This document shows positions 60,688-64,000 of a DNA stretch of 64,000 nt, one piece after another. Source of the stretch: Myxococcota bacterium (GTDB lineage: Bacteria; Myxococcota_A; SURF-8); the NCBI GenBank assembly GCA_965140415.1, contig OZ223209.1, positions 4,672,001 to 4,736,000 on the forward strand. Reading direction: 5' to 3'. The notes beneath the pieces are model-generated. The model ran no database searches. It worked only from the letters and a program-made list of their open reading frames with translations, and had not been told where the DNA came from. Made by a program: the position numbers and the translations under genes. The stretch's first letter is position 1. The number at the start of each line of letters is the position of its first letter.

Positions 60688-62172
60688 TTACCTGGTAAAG
60701 GCTTCGAGATATACGACAGAACGCTGTGTTCCGCTGGTCGCCCAGAAATTGCCGCGAAGGGGGTTGGCGGCTATACCGGTGAGCTTCACGCCCAAGACCC
60801 GATGCAGCATCAGCAGTTTTCCCGTGGCCGGATCGATTTCGTAAATATCCGAATCGTCTTCGTCCTGGTTGAGAACGTACAAGGTTCCGTTTTGGGCGGT
60901 TATTCCAACCAAGTTACTGAATTCCGGGTATTCGAAATAGGATGAGGTCCACTGTCCGGTGTCCTCTACGAAACGGTAAATGCGGTTGTAACCGCTGTCG
61001 GTCACCCAGTAATCACCGTTCAATTCGGTCAAGGCGGTCGGCTCGGCCAGATCCACCGGCAGAGAAATATCACCCTGCGGCAAGGGGGTCACCTTCCGAC
61101 TGTCAGCATCCAGGAAAATCGGCTGCGACTCGTTGTTGCCGTTTGGAATCACGCCACGATACAAGCTGTCCGAAGCACTGAATACAGCGGTTCCAAGGCT
61201 CCCCGATGCTTCGTTATCGTATGGCATGGTGGCGTAACCATCGTCGTTGACGATGTACAGATCGTAAGCATCACCATTACGAACCCACCCCAGATCTGTA
61301 AATATACCCGGCACGGAAGTACTCGCCGCCACCGAATAATTCCTCGCCAAGTTCGGATAGTCCATGGGCAGTTCTCCATCGATATCACCGTCGGGAGGAA
61401 AAACCGTGTCGCCGTCTACTTGATCGCCATCAATGGAATCGCCATCAACCGCGTCACCATCAGTTGCATCACCATCAACCGTGTCGCCGTCTACTTGTGC
61501 AACACTGGTGAAAAAGCGGTAGCTGTAGGAATAGCTGCTGCCCGCCTGTTTGGTATCCATCACTAAGTAATACGTGCCATCGGCCTGAGAAATGAACTCG
61601 AGTTCCTCACCCAGTCCCGTTCCAAGAGCATCAACCTGGGCGACACACGTGGCCCCCTGCGAACAATCCGACAATACATACATCACGTCGTCATTTTCGC
61701 TGCTGGTAAAGGTCGCCGTCAACTGTTCACCCTGGAACAGATACACCGCAGCCACCAATTCCGGTCCGACTCCTGGACCACCGCCGTCACCATCTACAGC
61801 GCTCAATCCCCAGTCACAGTTGACACCGTCCAATGCACTGTCTTCCCGCACCAGGCTTCCGCTGTCGTCCTTCGGTCCCTGTCGGCGGTCTTCCACGGCA
61901 TAAGCGATCGGATCGCTACAGGTGGCGTCGGAAGAAACGTTTTCTGTGTCATCACCGTCGATCACGACATCGCTACCGTCGCCGTCCGGAATGTAAACGC
62001 TGCTGTCACCGTCGGTACTGGGTGGATTGTTACTGGTGCTATCGGGAATGCAAACACCGTCGCGCATGTGCTGTCCCTCGGGACAGCCGCTTTCCTCGTT
62101 GCAATTCAGGCAAAACAAGGCGATTAAGGCGATCATGCAAAACATGAAACCACGTTTTCCAGTAAGTGCCAT
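60688..62172 (-). CDS. Surface lipoprotein with DGD repeats, PPC-like and propeller-like domains
   Basis: Hydrophobic signal ending CLNC; TYYLVMDT module; tandem xxDGD repeats. Confidence 0.7.
   Translation of the reverse strand: MALTGKRGFMFCMIALIALFCLNCNEESGCPEGQHMRDGVCIPDSTSNNPPSTDGDSSVYIPDGDGSDVVIDGDDTENVSSDATCSDPIAYAVEDRRQGPKDDSGSLVREDSALDGVNCDWGLSAVDGDGGGPGVGPELVAAVYLFQGEQLTATFTSSENDDVMYVLSDCSQGATCVAQVDALGTGLGEELEFISQADGTYYLVMDTKQAGSSYSYSYRFFTSVAQVDGDTVDGDATDGDAVDGDSIDGDQVDGDTVFPPDGDIDGELPMDYPNLARNYSVAASTSVPGIFTDLGWVRNGDAYDLYIVNDDGYATMPYDNEASGSLGTAVFSASDSLYRGVIPNGNNESQPIFLDADSRKVTPLPQGDISLPVDLAEPTALTELNGDYWVTDSGYNRIYRFVEDTGQWTSSYFEYPEFSNLVGITAQNGTLYVLNQDEDDSDIYEIDPATGKLLMLHRVLGVKLTGIAANPLRGNFWATSGTQRSVVYLEAFTR
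61403..61497. repeat. 15-bp coding tandem repeat (xxDGD, 6 units)
   Basis: QVDGD-TVDGD-ATDGD-AVDGD-SIDGD-QVDGD; accgtgtcgccgtctacttg occurs twice. Confidence 0.8.
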
Positions 62173-62192
62173 CATACATCCTTTCCGATCGA

Positions 62193-62648
62193 TCAGCTTA
62201 CCGAATGGTCGCTCGAAAGCTTTTCGATCGTATCTTTGGCGCGATGAACCAGAACGCGGACAAGCAACTCTTTGACTTTGGGGTAACGATCCAGAATACC
62301 GGACACGCCGGGTTCTAAAAACACGACCAAGGTGCAAGGTTCTACGGTTTTTACCGTAGCCGTGCGCGGCTCGCCGGTCAATAGTGACACTTCACCCAGT
62401 ACGGCGCCACGCGATAGATTGGCAAGTACGACGTTGCGCTCCCCCTTTTTGGAAGAAACCTCAACCTGCCCATTGAGCAGAACGTAAAAGGCATCGCCTT
62501 CGCTGCCTTCCTCGATCAACACCTCGCCCGGCTGGGTGGTGATCAACTTGCCCATGGCCTGCAATTCCTCGCGGCCCGTGGCATCCAGCGATTTGAACAG
62601 ATGAGATCGCTCCAGAAGAGTCCGGATGACTTGCTTTTCGTCTACCAT
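62193..62648 (-). CDS. Stand-alone cyclic nucleotide-binding domain protein
   Basis: EG..GD.FY....G.VEV, GEVSLLTGEPRTATV; GGAGG RBS. Confidence 0.88.
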   Translation of the reverse strand: MVDEKQVIRTLLERSHLFKSLDATGREELQAMGKLITTQPGEVLIEEGSEGDAFYVLLNGQVEVSSKKGERNVVLANLSRGAVLGEVSLLTGEPRTATVKTVEPCTLVVFLEPGVSGILDRYPKVKELLVRVLVHRAKDTIEKLSSDHSVS

Positions 62649-62668
62649 TGAACGTCCTCCCGTTCGTG

Positions 62669-63862
62669 TTACCCCAGCCGAGACAGCGCCGTTTGCAGGC
62701 GCGCAATACCCTTCTCGATCACGTCGCTGCTGGTGGCGAAACTGAGCCGTAAAAAGCCTGGCGCACCAAACGCCGATCCCGGCACACAAGCCACCTGCAC
62801 GCTCTCTAGCAGGTAGTCGGCCAGTTCCATATCATCCTGGATGACACGACCGTCCGCCTGCTTCCCCAACACCCCGCGGAAATCCGCAAAGGCGTAAAAC
62901 GCACCTTGCGGCGTATCGCACTGAACGCCGTCCATCGCGTTCAATCCGGCCACCATAATATCGCGCCGCTTCTGATAGCGGGCAAGCCAGTCTTTCAGTT
63001 CAACGCCTTCACCCGCAATCGCCTCGACCGCCGCAAACTGCGCAATCGACGTCGGATGGCTGGTCATCTGACCCTGCAAGCGAGCCACCGCTTTTGCAAA
63101 CGCGGGCTCTGCCACCAGATAGCCGATGCGCCAGCCGGTCATCGCCGAGCATTTGGACACGCCGTTGATGACCACGGTACGAGCCCGGGCGTCATCGGAG
63201 ACCTGCGAAAAGGCCGCAAACGTTTGTCCATCATACAACAGTTTTTGGTAAATATCATCAGAAATCACGGTGATTCCGGTGTCGCGCAAGACTTCGGCCA
63301 GTGCCGCCAGTTCCTGCTTGGAATACACCTGCCCGGTCGGATTGCTGGGACTGTTCAGAATCAACACGCGGCTACGCGGAGTAATGGCCTGACGCAGTTC
63401 TTCAGGGGTCATGCGGAAGCCGTTTTCGGCCTTGGTTTCCACAATCACCGACACGCCACCATTCAACTCTACCTGCGGCGGGTAACTCACCCAGTAGGGC
63501 GCGGGAATCAGGACTTCATCGCCCGGATCGATCAACGCGGCCAGCGCCAAATAGATACTGTGCTTGGCACCACAGGAAACGATCACCATTTCCGGAGTGA
63601 TTTCATAACCATATTCCTTGTGGAACTTGTCCACAATGGCTTGCCGCAACGGCAGAATGCCGGGCGTGGGCGTATATTTGGTCTGCCCTTGCTGCATGGC
63701 CATGATGGCCGCATTCTGGATGCGTTCCGGGGTATTGAAATCCGGCTCTCCGGCAGAAAATGAAAGCACGTCGATTCCCTGGGCTTTCATCTGCTTCGCT
63801 TTGCCATCCACCGCCAAAGTCGCCGACGGCTTGACATTCGCCGCGCGTTGACTGATCTGCAT
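62669..63862 (-). CDS. Class I PLP-dependent (aspartate) aminotransferase
   Basis: GEPDF, NSPSNPTG, SDDIY, SK..AMTGWRIG, RLSFA. Confidence 0.93.
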   Translation of the reverse strand: MQISQRAANVKPSATLAVDGKAKQMKAQGIDVLSFSAGEPDFNTPERIQNAAIMAMQQGQTKYTPTPGILPLRQAIVDKFHKEYGYEITPEMVIVSCGAKHSIYLALAALIDPGDEVLIPAPYWVSYPPQVELNGGVSVIVETKAENGFRMTPEELRQAITPRSRVLILNSPSNPTGQVYSKQELAALAEVLRDTGITVISDDIYQKLLYDGQTFAAFSQVSDDARARTVVINGVSKCSAMTGWRIGYLVAEPAFAKAVARLQGQMTSHPTSIAQFAAVEAIAGEGVELKDWLARYQKRRDIMVAGLNAMDGVQCDTPQGAFYAFADFRGVLGKQADGRVIQDDMELADYLLESVQVACVPGSAFGAPGFLRLSFATSSDVIEKGIARLQTALSRLG

Positions 63863-64000
63863 GATCCGATCCTTTTCTGTTAAGTTGCGGCCCGCCCTCT
63901 ACTGCTTGTATTTGTTAATCAGGCGAACCGGTTTAGCTGGTTTTGAATTTTTGAAAGAGTTCCTCGCGTACCAGCGGGGGAACCAATCCTTTAATGCAAC

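Overview
Bacterial chromosomal segment, most likely from a Myxococcota-like (former Deltaproteobacteria) lineage; this is inferred from the Glt cluster, the REC-DUF4388-J-TPR protein and the many Cys-rich lipoproteins. Housekeeping blocks: tRNA-Arg(ACG)-tadA-tRNA-Ser(CGA)-tRNA-Ser(GGA)-ffs-dnaX-ybaB-recR; yajC-secD-secF; ychF; asnS; trkA-trkH; an aminotransferase. Accessory content: (i) a split His-Xaa-Ser (Hxs)-related system with two radical SAM genes at 3.4-6.0 kb and, about 14 kb away, an HxsD-like gene, a membrane-anchored Cys protein, a third radical SAM gene and a coupled A24/prepilin-peptidase-like protease, with no recognisable HxsA or HxsB in the window; (ii) a contiguous Glt/Nfs-type envelope machinery operon (barrel-gltC-D-E-F-G-H) with an internal promoter; (iii) four lipoproteins sharing an xxDGD acidic repeat linker; (iv) a ~172-nt rod-like intergenic hairpin; (v) a secreted Cys/Lys-rich repeat protein next to a CDF exporter; (vi) a DUF134-NifX operon with a perfect operator-like palindrome. 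No rRNA, CRISPR array, integrase or transposase was seen. Family calls come from motif recognition by eye, not database searches.
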